Shown here: positions 40,901 through 55,200 of the stretch, one piece after another
Layout of the letters: every line of letters begins with the position of its first letter
Position numbering within the stretch: the stretch's first letter is position 1
Origin: Lingula anatina
Lineage: Eukaryota > Animalia > Brachiopoda
Length of the DNA stretch: 64,000 nucleotides
Direction of reading: 5' to 3'
NCBI GenBank assembly: GCA_051362555.1
Contig: JBPQGU010000016.1
Span: 3,348,001-3,412,000 of the forward strand
Translations under genes and position numbers: made by a program
The notes under the pieces: model-generated
The model's input: only the letters and a program-made list of their open reading frames with translations
Databases searched by the model: none
Told to the model about the DNA's origin: nothing

Positions 40901-43900
40901 ACCAAACACACCTACCAGACACTATAATGAAGAAAAAAATTTTTCAACCCTACCTGGCCAAAATTGAAGAAAACTGCCATATCCGGACCTTACGAAAATC
41001 ACTCAAAATCACCCAAAAATGACCCGTCACCAAATTTTCCAAAAAGTGATGAAAATCAATCTACCACACCTGTCATTCATAAAAAATGTGGAAACGCGCC
41101 CGGATCACTTCATTAAAGCCCCCAATTTCAGCTTTAAAGATGGCCAAAAAGCACACCTGAGAACAGGATTTGGAGAGAGGGGGGGTGGAGAGAGTTTTTG
41201 CTCTATTTCTTCCTTAATAATGACACAACCACTCTTCCAGCACTTTATTCTGACTACAAATGACCAAACACACCTACCAGACACTATAATGAAGAAAAAA
41301 ATTTTTCAACCCTACCTGGCCAAAATTGAAGAAAACTGCCATATCCGGACCTTACGAAAATCACTCAAAATCACCCAAAAATGACCCGTCACCAAATTTT
41401 CCAAAAAGTGATGAAAATCAATCTACCACACCTGTCATTCATAAAAAATGTGGAAACGCGCCCGGATCACTTCATTAAAGCCCCCAATTTCAGCTTTAAA
41501 GATGGCCAAAAAGCACACCTGAGAACAGGATTTGGAGAGAGGGGGGGTGGAGAGAGTTTTTGCTCTATTTCTTCCTTAATAATGACACAACCACTCTTCC
41601 AGCACTTTATTCTGACTACAAATGACCAAACACACCTACCAGACACTATAATGAAGAAAAAAATTTTTCAACCCTACCTGGCCAAAATTGAAGAAAACTG
41701 CCATATCCGGACCTTACGAAAATCACTCAAAATCACCCAAAAATGACCCGTCACCAAATTTTCCAAAAAGTGATGAAAATCAATCTACCACACCTGTCAT
41801 TCATAAAAAATGTGGAAACGCGCCCGGATCACTTCATTAAAGCCCCCAATTTCAGCTTTAAAGATGGCCAAAAAGCACACCTGAGAACAGGATTTGGAGA
41901 GAGGGGGGGTGGAGAGAGTTTTTGCTCTATTTCTTCCTTAATAATGACACAACCACTCTTCCAGCACTTTATTCTGACTACAAATGACCAAACACACCTA
42001 CCAGACACTATAATGAAGAAAAAAATTTTTCAACCCTACCTGGCCAAAATTGAAGAAAACTGCCATATCCGGACCTTACGAAAATCACTCAAAATCACCC
42101 AAAAATGACCCGTCACCAAATTTTCCAAAAAGTGATGAAAATCAATCTACCACACCTGTCATTCATAAAAAATGTGGAAACGCGCCCGGATCACTTCATT
42201 AAAGCCCCCAATTTCAGCTTTAAAGATGGCCAAAAAGCACACCTGAGAACAGGATTTGGAGAGAGGGGGGGTGGAGAGAGTTTTTGCTCTATTTCTTCCT
42301 TAATAATGACACAACCACTCTTCCAGCACTTTATTCTGACTACAAATGACCAAACACACCTACCAGACACTATAATGAAGAAAAAAATTTTTCAACCCTA
42401 CCTGGCCAAAATTGAAGAAAACTGCCATATCCGGACCTTACGAAAATCACTCAAAATCACCCAAAAATGACCCGTCACCAAATTTTCCAAAAAGTGATGA
42501 AAATCAATCTACCACACCTGTCATTCATAAAAAATGTGGAAACGCGCCCGGATCACTTCATTAAAGCCCCCAATTTCAGCTTTAAAGATGGCCAAAAAGC
42601 ACACCTGAGAACAGGATTTGGAGAGAGGGGGGGTGGAGAGAGTTTTTGCTCTATTTCTTCCTTAATAATGACACAACCACTCTTCCAGCACTTTATTCTG
42701 ACTACAAATGACCAAACACACCTACCAGACACTATAATGAAGAAAAAAATTTTTCAACCCTACCTGGCCAAAATTGAAGAAAACTGCCATATCCGGACCT
42801 TACGAAAATCACTCAAAATCACCCAAAAATGACCCGTCACCAAATTTTCCAAAAAGTGATGAAAATCAATCTACCACACCTGTCATTCATAAAAAATGTG
42901 GAAACGCGCCCGGATCACTTCATTAAAGCCCCCAATTTCAGCTTTAAAGATGGCCAAAAAGCACACCTGAGAACAGGATTTGGAGAGAGGGGGGGTGGAG
43001 AGAGTTTTTGCTCTATTTCTTCCTTAATAATGACACAACCACTCTTCCAGCACTTTATTCTGACTACAAATGACCAAACACACCTACCAGACACTATAAT
43101 GAAGAAAAAAATTTTTCAACCCTACCTGGCCAAAATTGAAGAAAACTGCCATATCCGGACCTTACGAAAATCACTCAAAATCACCCAAAAATGACCCGTC
43201 ACCAAATTTTCCAAAAAGTGATGAAAATCAATCTACCACACCTGTCATTCATAAAAAATGTGGAAACGCGCCCGGATCACTTCATTAAAGCCCCCAATTT
43301 CAGCTTTAAAGATGGCCAAAAAGCACACCTGAGAACAGGATTTGGAGAGAGGGGGGGTGGAGAGAGTTTTTGCTCTATTTCTTCCTTAATAATGACACAA
43401 CCACTCTTCCAGCACTTTATTCTGACTACAAATGACCAAACACACCTACCAGACACTATAATGAAGAAAAAAATTTTTCAACCCTACCTGGCCAAAATTG
43501 AAGAAAACTGCCATATCCGGACCTTACGAAAATCACTCAAAATCACCCAAAAATGACCCGTCACCAAATTTTCCAAAAAGTGATGAAAATCAATCTACCA
43601 CACCTGTCATTCATAAAAAATGTGGAAACGCGCCCGGATCACTTCATTAAAGCCCCCAATTTCAGCTTTAAAGATGGCCAAAAAGCACACCTGAGAACAG
43701 GATTTGGAGAGAGGGGGGGTGGAGAGAGTTTTTGCTCTATTTCTTCCTTAATAATGACACAACCACTCTTCCAGCACTTTATTCTGACTACAAATGACCA
43801 AACACACCTACCAGACACTATAATGAAGAAAAAAATTTTTCAACCCTACCTGGCCAAAATTGAAGAAAACTGCCATATCCGGACCTTACGAAAATCACTC

Positions 43901-46900
43901 AAAATCACCCAAAAATGACCCGTCACCAAATTTTCCAAAAAGTGATGAAAATCAATCTACCACACCTGTCATTCATAAAAAATGTGGAAACGCGCCCGGA
44001 TCACTTCATTAAAGCCCCCAATTTCAGCTTTAAAGATGGCCAAAAAGCACACCTGAGAACAGGATTTGGAGAGAGGGGGGGTGGAGAGAGTTTTTGCTCT
44101 ATTTCTTCCTTAATAATGACACAACCACTCTTCCAGCACTTTATTCTGACTACAAATGACCAAACACACCTACCAGACACTATAATGAAGAAAAAAATTT
44201 TTCAACCCTACCTGGCCAAAATTGAAGAAAACTGCCATATCCGGACCTTACGAAAATCACTCAAAATCACCCAAAAATGACCCGTCACCAAATTTTCCAA
44301 AAAGTGATGAAAATCAATCTACCACACCTGTCATTCATAAAAAATGTGGAAACGCGCCCGGATCACTTCATTAAAGCCCCCAATTTCAGCTTTAAAGATG
44401 GCCAAAAAGCACACCTGAGAACAGGATTTGGAGAGAGGGGGGGTGGAGAGAGTTTTTGCTCTATTTCTTCCTTAATAATGACACAACCACTCTTCCAGCA
44501 CTTTATTCTGACTACAAATGACCAAACACACCTACCAGACACTATAATGAAGAAAAAAATTTTTCAACCCTACCTGGCCAAAATTGAAGAAAACTGCCAT
44601 ATCCGGACCTTACGAAAATCACTCAAAATCACCCAAAAATGACCCGTCACCAAATTTTCCAAAAAGTGATGAAAATCAATCTACCACACCTGTCATTCAT
44701 AAAAAATGTGGAAACGCGCCCGGATCACTTCATTAAAGCCCCCAATTTCAGCTTTAAAGATGGCCAAAAAGCACACCTGAGAACAGGATTTGGAGAGAGG
44801 GGGGGTGGAGAGAGTTTTTGCTCTATTTCTTCCTTAATAATGACACAACCACTCTTCCAGCACTTTATTCTGACTACAAATGACCAAACACACCTACCAG
44901 ACACTATAATGAAGAAAAAAATTTTTCAACCCTACCTGGCCAAAATTGAAGAAAACTGCCATATCCGGACCTTACGAAAATCACTCAAAATCACCCAAAA
45001 ATGACCCGTCACCAAATTTTCCAAAAAGTGATGAAAATCAATCTACCACACCTGTCATTCATAAAAAATGTGGAAACGCGCCCGGATCACTTCATTAAAG
45101 CCCCCAATTTCAGCTTTAAAGATGGCCAAAAAGCACACCTGAGAACAGGATTTGGAGAGAGGGGGGGTGGAGAGAGTTTTTGCTCTATTTCTTCCTTAAT
45201 AATGACACAACCACTCTTCCAGCACTTTATTCTGACTACAAATGACCAAACACACCTACCAGACACTATAATGAAGAAAAAAATTTTTCAACCCTACCTG
45301 GCCAAAATTGAAGAAAACTGCCATATCCGGACCTTACGAAAATCACTCAAAATCACCCAAAAATGACCCGTCACCAAATTTTCCAAAAAGTGATGAAAAT
45401 CAATCTACCACACCTGTCATTCATAAAAAATGTGGAAACGCGCCCGGATCACTTCATTAAAGCCCCCAATTTCAGCTTTAAAGATGGCCAAAAAGCACAC
45501 CTGAGAACAGGATTTGGAGAGAGGGGGGGTGGAGAGAGTTTTTGCTCTATTTCTTCCTTAATAATGACACAACCACTCTTCCAGCACTTTATTCTGACTA
45601 CAAATGACCAAACACACCTACCAGACACTATAATGAAGAAAAAAATTTTTCAACCCTACCTGGCCAAAATTGAAGAAAACTGCCATATCCGGACCTTACG
45701 AAAATCACTCAAAATCACCCAAAAATGACCCGTCACCAAATTTTCCAAAAAGTGATGAAAATCAATCTACCACACCTGTCATTCATAAAAAATGTGGAAA
45801 CGCGCCCGGATCACTTCATTAAAGCCCCCAATTTCAGCTTTAAAGATGGCCAAAAAGCACACCTGAGAACAGGATTTGGAGAGAGGGGGGGTGGAGAGAG
45901 TTTTTGCTCTATTTCTTCCTTAATAATGACACAACCACTCTTCCAGCACTTTATTCTGACTACAAATGACCAAACACACCTACCAGACACTATAATGAAG
46001 AAAAAAATTTTTCAACCCTACCTGGCCAAAATTGAAGAAAACTGCCATATCCGGACCTTACGAAAATCACTCAAAATCACCCAAAAATGACCCGTCACCA
46101 AATTTTCCAAAAAGTGATGAAAATCAATCTACCACACCTGTCATTCATAAAAAATGTGGAAACGCGCCCGGATCACTTCATTAAAGCCCCCAATTTCAGC
46201 TTTAAAGATGGCCAAAAAGCACACCTGAGAACAGGATTTGGAGAGAGGGGGGGTGGAGAGAGTTTTTGCTCTATTTCTTCCTTAATAATGACACAACCAC
46301 TCTTCCAGCACTTTATTCTGACTACAAATGACCAAACACACCTACCAGACACTATAATGAAGAAAAAAATTTTTCAACCCTACCTGGCCAAAATTGAAGA
46401 AAACTGCCATATCCGGACCTTACGAAAATCACTCAAAATCACCCAAAAATGACCCGTCACCAAATTTTCCAAAAAGTGATGAAAATCAATCTACCACACC
46501 TGTCATTCATAAAAAATGTGGAAACGCGCCCGGATCACTTCATTAAAGCCCCCAATTTCAGCTTTAAAGATGGCCAAAAAGCACACCTGAGAACAGGATT
46601 TGGAGAGAGGGGGGGTGGAGAGAGTTTTTGCTCTATTTCTTCCTTAATAATGACACAACCACTCTTCCAGCACTTTATTCTGACTACAAATGACCAAACA
46701 CACCTACCAGACACTATAATGAAGAAAAAAATTTTTCAACCCTACCTGGCCAAAATTGAAGAAAACTGCCATATCCGGACCTTACGAAAATCACTCAAAA
46801 TCACCCAAAAATGACCCGTCACCAAATTTTCCAAAAAGTGATGAAAATCAATCTACCACACCTGTCATTCATAAAAAATGTGGAAACGCGCCCGGATCAC

Positions 46901-49900
46901 TTCATTAAAGCCCCCAATTTCAGCTTTAAAGATGGCCAAAAAGCACACCTGAGAACAGGATTTGGAGAGAGGGGGGGTGGAGAGAGTTTTTGCTCTATTT
47001 CTTCCTTAATAATGACACAACCACTCTTCCAGCACTTTATTCTGACTACAAATGACCAAACACACCTACCAGACACTATAATGAAGAAAAAAATTTTTCA
47101 ACCCTACCTGGCCAAAATTGAAGAAAACTGCCATATCCGGACCTTACGAAAATCACTCAAAATCACCCAAAAATGACCCGTCACCAAATTTTCCAAAAAG
47201 TGATGAAAATCAATCTACCACACCTGTCATTCATAAAAAATGTGGAAACGCGCCCGGATCACTTCATTAAAGCCCCCAATTTCAGCTTTAAAGATGGCCA
47301 AAAAGCACACCTGAGAACAGGATTTGGAGAGAGGGGGGGTGGAGAGAGTTTTTGCTCTATTTCTTCCTTAATAATGACACAACCACTCTTCCAGCACTTT
47401 ATTCTGACTACAAATGACCAAACACACCTACCAGACACTATAATGAAGAAAAAAATTTTTCAACCCTACCTGGCCAAAATTGAAGAAAACTGCCATATCC
47501 GGACCTTACGAAAATCACTCAAAATCACCCAAAAATGACCCGTCACCAAATTTTCCAAAAAGTGATGAAAATCAATCTACCACACCTGTCATTCATAAAA
47601 AATGTGGAAACGCGCCCGGATCACTTCATTAAAGCCCCCAATTTCAGCTTTAAAGATGGCCAAAAAGCACACCTGAGAACAGGATTTGGAGAGAGGGGGG
47701 GTGGAGAGAGTTTTTGCTCTATTTCTTCCTTAATAATGACACAACCACTCTTCCAGCACTTTATTCTGACTACAAATGACCAAACACACCTACCAGACAC
47801 TATAATGAAGAAAAAAATTTTTCAACCCTACCTGGCCAAAATTGAAGAAAACTGCCATATCCGGACCTTACGAAAATCACTCAAAATCACCCAAAAATGA
47901 CCCGTCACCAAATTTTCCAAAAAGTGATGAAAATCAATCTACCACACCTGTCATTCATAAAAAATGTGGAAACGCGCCCGGATCACTTCATTAAAGCCCC
48001 CAATTTCAGCTTTAAAGATGGCCAAAAAGCACACCTGAGAACAGGATTTGGAGAGAGGGGGGGTGGAGAGAGTTTTTGCTCTATTTCTTCCTTAATAATG
48101 ACACAACCACTCTTCCAGCACTTTATTCTGACTACAAATGACCAAACACACCTACCAGACACTATAATGAAGAAAAAAATTTTTCAACCCTACCTGGCCA
48201 AAATTGAAGAAAACTGCCATATCCGGACCTTACGAAAATCACTCAAAATCACCCAAAAATGACCCGTCACCAAATTTTCCAAAAAGTGATGAAAATCAAT
48301 CTACCACACCTGTCATTCATAAAAAAAATGTGGAAACGCGCCCGGATCACTTCATTAAAGCCCCCAATTTCAGCTTTAAAGATGGCCAAAAAGCACACCT
48401 GAGAACAGGATTTGGAGAGAGGGGGGGTGGAGAGAGTTTTTGCTCTATTTCTTCCTTAATAATGACACAACCACTCTTCCAGCACTTTATTCTGACTACA
48501 AATGACCAAACACACCTACCAGACACTATAATGAAGAAAAAAATTTTTCAACCCTACCTGGCCAAAATTGAAGAAAACTGCCATATCCGGACCTTACGAA
48601 AATCACTCAAAATCACCCAAAAATGACCCGTCACCAAATTTTCCAAAAAGTGATGAAAATCAATCTACCACACCTGTCATTCATAAAAAATGTGGAAACG
48701 CGCCCGGATCACTTCATTAAAGCCCCCAATTTCAGCTTTAAAGATGGCCAAAAAGCACACCTGAGAACAGGATTTGGAGAGAGGGGGGGTGGAGAGAGTT
48801 TTTGCTCTATTTCTTCCTTAATAATGACACAACCACTCTTCCAGCACTTTATTCTGACTACAAATGACCAAACACACCTACCAGACACTATAATGAAGAA
48901 AAAAATTTTTCAACCCTACCTGGCCAAAATTGAAGAAAACTGCCATATCCGGACCTTACGAAAATCACTCAAAATCACCCAAAAATGACCCGTCACCAAA
49001 TTTTCCAAAAAGTGATGAAAATCAATCTACCACACCTGTCATTCATAAAAAATGTGGAAACGCGCCCGGATCACTTCATTAAAGCCCCCAATTTCAGCTT
49101 TAAAGATGGCCAAAAAGCACACCTGAGAACAGGATTTGGAGAGAGGGGGGGTGGAGAGAGTTTTTGCTCTATTTCTTCCTTAATAATGACACAACCACTC
49201 TTCCAGCACTTTATTCTGACTACAAATGACCAAACACACCTACCAGACACTATAATGAAGAAAAAAATTTTTCAACCCTACCTGGCCAAAATTGAAGAAA
49301 ACTGCCATATCCGGACCTTACGAAAATCACTCAAAATCACCCAAAAATGACCCGTCACCAAATTTTCCAAAAAGTGATGAAAATCAATCTACCACACCTG
49401 TCATTCATAAAAAATGTGGAAACGCGCCCGGATCACTTCATTAAAGCCCCCAATTTCAGCTTTAAAGATGGCCAAAAAGCACACCTGAGAACAGGATTTG
49501 GAGAGAGGGGGGGTGGAGAGAGTTTTTGCTCTATTTCTTCCTTAATAATGACACAACCACTCTTCCAGCACTTTATTCTGACTACAAATGACCAAACACA
49601 CCTACCAGACACTATAATGAAGAAAAAAATTTTTCAACCCTACCTGGCCAAAATTGAAGAAAACTGCCATATCCGGACCTTACGAAAATCACTCAAAATC
49701 ACCCAAAAATGACCCGTCACCAAATTTTCCAAAAAGTGATGAAAATCAATCTACCACACCTGTCATTCATAAAAAATGTGGAAACGCGCCCGGATCACTT
49801 CATTAAAGCCCCCAATTTCAGCTTTAAAGATGGCCAAAAAGCACACCTGAGAACAGGATTTGGAGAGAGGGGGGGTGGAGAGAGTTTTTGCTCTATTTCT

Positions 49901-52242
49901 TCCTTAATAATGACACAACCACTCTTCCAGCACTTTATTCTGACTACAAATGACCAAACACACCTACCAGACACTATAATGAAGAAAAAAATTTTTCAAC
50001 CCTACCTGGCCAAAATTGAAGAAAACTGCCATATCCGGACCTTACGAAAATCACTCAAAATCACCCAAAAATGACCCGTCACCAAATTTTCCAAAAAGTG
50101 ATGAAAATCAATCTACCACACCTGTCATTCATAAAAAATGTGGAAACGCGCCCAGATCACTTCATTAAAGCCCCCAATTTCAGCTTTAAAGATGGCCAAA
50201 AAGCACACCTGAGAACAGGATTTGGAGAGAGGGGGGGTGGAGAGAGTTTTTGCTCTATTTCTTCCTTAATAATGACACAACCACTCTTCCAGCACTTTAT
50301 TCTGACTACAAATGACCAAACACACCTACCAGACACTATAATGAAGAAAAAAATTTTTCAACCCTACCTGGCCAAAATTGAAGAAAACTGCCATATCCGG
50401 ACCTTACGAAAATCACTCAAAATCACCCAAAAATGACCCGTCACCAAATTTTCCAAAAAGTGATGAAAATCAATCTACCACACCTGTCATTCATAAAAAA
50501 TGTGGAAACGCGCCCGGATCACTTCATTAAAGCCCCCAATTTCAGCTTTAAAGATGGCCAAAAAGCACACCTGAGAACAGGATTTGGAGAGAGGGGGGGT
50601 GGAGAGAGTTTTTGCTCTATTTCTTCCTTAATAATGACACAACCACTCTTCCAGCACTTTATTCTGACTACAAATGACCAAACACACCTACCAGACACTA
50701 TAATGAAGAAAAAAATTTTTCAACCCTACCTGGCCAAAATTGAAGAAAACTGCCATATCCGGACCTTACGAAAATCACTCAAAATCACCCAAAAATGACC
50801 CGTCACCAAATTTTCCAAAAAGTGATGAAAATCAATCTACCACACCTGTCATTCATAAAAAATGTGGAAACGCGCCCGGATCACTTCATTAAAGCCCCCA
50901 ATTTCAGCTTTAAAGATGGCCAAAAAGCACACCTGAGAACAGGATTTGGAGAGAGGGGGGGTGGAGAGAGTTTTTGCTCTATTTCTTCCTTAATAATGAC
51001 ACAACCACTCTTCCAGCACTTTATTCTGACTACAAATGACCAAACACACCTACCAGACACTATAATGAAGAAAAAAATTTTTCAACCCTACCTGGCCAAA
51101 ATTGAAGAAAACTGCCATATCCGGACCTTACGAAAATCACTCAAAATCACCCAAAAATGACCCGTCACCAAATTTTCCAAAAAGTGATGAAAATCAATCT
51201 ACCACACCTGTCATTCATAAAAAATGTGGAAACGCGCCCGGATCACTTCATTAAAGCCCCCAATTTCAGCTTTAAAGATGGCCAAAAAGCACACCTGAGA
51301 ACAGGATTTGGAGAGAGGGGGGGTGGAGAGAGTTTTTGCTCTATTTCTTCCTTAATAATGACACAACCACTCTTCCAGCACTTTATTCTGACTACAAATG
51401 ACCAAACACACCTACCAGACACTATAATGAAGAAAAAAATTTTTCAACCCTACCTGGCCAAAATTGAAGAAAACTGCCATATCCGGACCTTACGAAAATC
51501 ACTCAAAATCACCCAAAAATGACCCGTCACCAAATTTTCCAAAAAGTGATGAAAATCAATCTACCACACCTGTCATTCATAAAAAATGTGGAAACGCGCC
51601 CGGATCACTTCATTAAAGCCCCCAATTTCAGCTTTAAAGATGGCCAAAAAGCACACCTGAGAACAGGATTTGGAGAGAGGGGGGGTGGAGAGAGTTTTTG
51701 CTCTATTTCTTCCTTAATAATGACACAACCACTCTTCCAGCACTTTATTCTGACTACAAATGACCAAACACACCTACCAGACACTATAATGAAGAAAAAA
51801 ATTTTTCAACCCTACCTGGCCAAAATTGAAGAAAACTGCCATATCCGGACCTTACGAAAATCACTCAAAATCACCCAAAAATGACCCGTCACCAAATTTT
51901 CCAAAAAGTGATGAAAATCAATCTACCACACCTGTCATTCATAAAAAATGTGGAAACGCGCCCGGATCACTTCATTAAAGCCCCCAATTTCAGCTTTAAA
52001 GATGGCCAAAAAGCACACCTGAGAACAGGATTTGGAGAGAGGGGGGGTGGAGAGAGTTTTTGCTCTATTTCTTCCTTAATAATGACACAACCACTCTTCC
52101 AGCACTTTATTCTGACTACAAATGACCAAACACACCTACCAGACACTATAATGAAGAAAAAAATTTTTCAACCCTACCTGGCCAAAATTGAAGAAAACTG
52201 CCATATCCGGACCTTACGAAAATCACTCAAAATCACCCAAAA
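31958..52242. repeat. Highly homogeneous core domain of near-identical monomers
   Basis: Deviations seen only at ~35013 (+GA), 38410-38615 (indel cluster), ~48325 (+AA) and 50154 (G>A). 38847-48258 is 26 consecutive 362-bp copies with no difference I could see. Confidence 0.85.
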
Positions 52243-55200
52243 ATGACCCGTCACCAAATTTTCCAAAAAGTGATGAAAATCAATCTACCACACCTGTCAT
52301 TCATAAAAAATGTGGAAACGCGCCCGGATCACTTCATTAAAGCCCCCAATTTCAGCTTTAAAGATGGCCAAAAAGCACACCTGAGAACAGGATTTGGAGA
52401 GAGGGGGGGTGGAGAGAGTTTTTGCTCTATTTCTTCCTTAATGACACAACCACTCTTCCAGCACTTTATTCTGACTACAAATGACCAAACACACCTACCA
52501 GACACTATAATGAAGAAAAAAATTTTTCAACCCTACCTGGCCAAAATTGAAGAAAACTGCCATATCCGGACCTTACGAAAATCACTCAAAATCACCCAAA
52601 AATGACCCGTCACCAAATTTTCCAAAAAGTGATGAAAATCAATCTACCACACCTGTCATTCATAAAAAATGTGGAAACGCGCCCGGATCACTTCATTAAA
52701 GCCCCCAATTTCAGCTTTAAAGATGGCCAAAAAGCACACCTGAGAACAGGATTTGGAGAGAGGGGGGGTGGAGAGAGTTTTTGCTCTATTTCTTCCTTAA
52801 TAATGACACAACCACTCTTCCAGCACTTTATTCTGACTACAAATGACCAAACACACCTACCAGACACTATAATGAAGAAAAAAATTTTTCAACCCTACCT
52901 GGCCAAAATTGAAGAAAACTGCCATATCCGGACCTTACGAAAATCACTCAAAATCACCCAAAAATGACCCGTCACCAAATTTTCCAAAAAGTGATGAAAA
53001 TCAATCTACCACACCTGTCATTCATAAAAAATGTGGAAACGCGCCCGGATCACTTCATTAAAGCCCCCAATTTCAGCTTTAAAGATGGCCAAAAAGCACA
53101 CCTGAGAACAGGATTTGGAGAGAGGGGGGGTGGAGAGAGTTTTTGCTCTATTTCTTCCTTAATAATGACACAACCACTCTTCCAGCACTTTATTCTGACT
53201 ACAAATGACCAAACACACCTACCAGACACTATAATGAAGAAAAAAATTTTTCAACCCTACCTGGCCAAAATTGAAGAAAACTGCCATATCCGGACCTTAC
53301 GAAAATCACTCAAAATCACCTAAAAATGACCCGTCACCAAATTTTCCAAAAAGTGATGAAAATCAATCTACCACACCTGTCATTCATAAAAAATGTGGAA
53401 ACGCGCCCGGATCACTTCATTAAAGCCCCCAATTTCAGCTTTAAAGATGGCCAAAAAGCACACCTGAGAACAGGATTTGGAGAGAGGGGGGGTGGAGAGA
53501 GTTTTTGCTCTATTTCTTCCTTAATAATGACACAACCACTCTTCCAGCACTTTATTCTGACTACAAATGACCAAACACACCTACCAGACACTATAATGAA
53601 GAAAAAAATTTTTCAACCCTACCTGGCCAAAATTGAAGAAAACTGCCATATCCCGACCTTACGAAAATCACTCAAAATCACCCAAAAATGACCCGTCACC
53701 AAATTTTCCAAAAAGTGATGAAAATCAATCTACCACACCTGTCATTCATAAAAAATGTGGAAACGCGCCCGGATCACTTCATTAAAGCCCCCAATTTCAG
53801 CTTTAAAGATGGCCAAAAAGCACACCTGAGAACAGGATTTGGAGAGAGGGGGGGTGGAGAGAGTTTTTGCTCTATTTCTTCCTTAATAATGACACAACCA
53901 CTCTTCCAGCACTTTATTCTGACTACAAATGACCAAACACACCTACCAGACACTATAATGAAGAAAAAAAATTTTCAACCCTACCTGGCCAAAATTGAAG
54001 AAAACTGCCATATCCGGACCTTACGAAAATCACTCAAAATCACCCAAAAATATTTCTTCCTTAATAATGACACAACCACTCTTCCAGCACTTTATTCTGA
54101 CTACAAATGACCAAACACACCTACCAGACACTATAATGAAGAAAAAAATTTTTCAACCCTACCTGGCCAAAATTGAAGAAAACTGCCATATCCGGACCTT
54201 ACGAAAATCACTCAAAATCACCCAAAAATGACCCGTCACCAAATTTTCCAAAAAGTGATGAAAATCAATCTACCACACCTGTCATTCATAAAAAATGTGG
54301 AAACGCGCCCGGATCACTTCATTAAAGCCCCCAATTTCAGCTTTAAAGATGGCCAAAAAGCACACCTGAGAACAGGATTTGGAGAGAGGGGGGGTGGAGA
54401 GAGTTTTTGCTCTATTTCTTCCTTAATAATGACACAACCACTCTTCCAGCACTTTATTCTGACTACAAATGACCAAACACACCTACCAGACACTATAATG
54501 AAGAAAAAAATTTTTCAACCCTACCTGGCCAAAATTGAAGAAAACTGCCATATCCGGACCTTACGAAAATCACTCAAAATCACCCAAAAATGACCCGTCA
54601 CCAAATTTTCCAAAAAGTGATGAAAATCAATCTACCACACCTGTCATTCATAAAAAATGTGGAAACGCGCCCGGATCACTTCATTAAAGCCCCCAATTTC
54701 AGCTTTAAAGATGGCCAAAAAGCACACCTGAGAACAGGATTTGGAGAGAGGGGGGGTGGAGAGAGTTTTTGCTCTATTTCTTCCTTAATAATGACACAAC
54801 CACTCTTCCAGCACTTTATTCTGACTACAAATGACCAAACACACCTACCAGACACTATAATGAAGAAAAAAATTTTTCAACCCTACCTGGCCAAAATTGA
54901 AGACAACTGCCACATCCGGACCTTACGAAAATCACTCAAAATCACCCAAAAATGACCCGTCACCAAATTTTCCAAAAAGTGATGAAAATCAATCTACCAC
55001 ACCTGTCATTCATAAAAAATGTGGAAACGCGCCCGGATCACTTCATTAAAGCCCCCAATTTCAGCTTTAAAGATGGCCAAAAAGCACACCTGAGAACAGG
55101 ATTTGGAGAGAGGGGGGGTGGAGAGAGTTTTTGCTCTATTTCTTCCTTAATAATGACACAACCACTCTTCCAGCACTTTATTCTGACTACAAATGACCAA

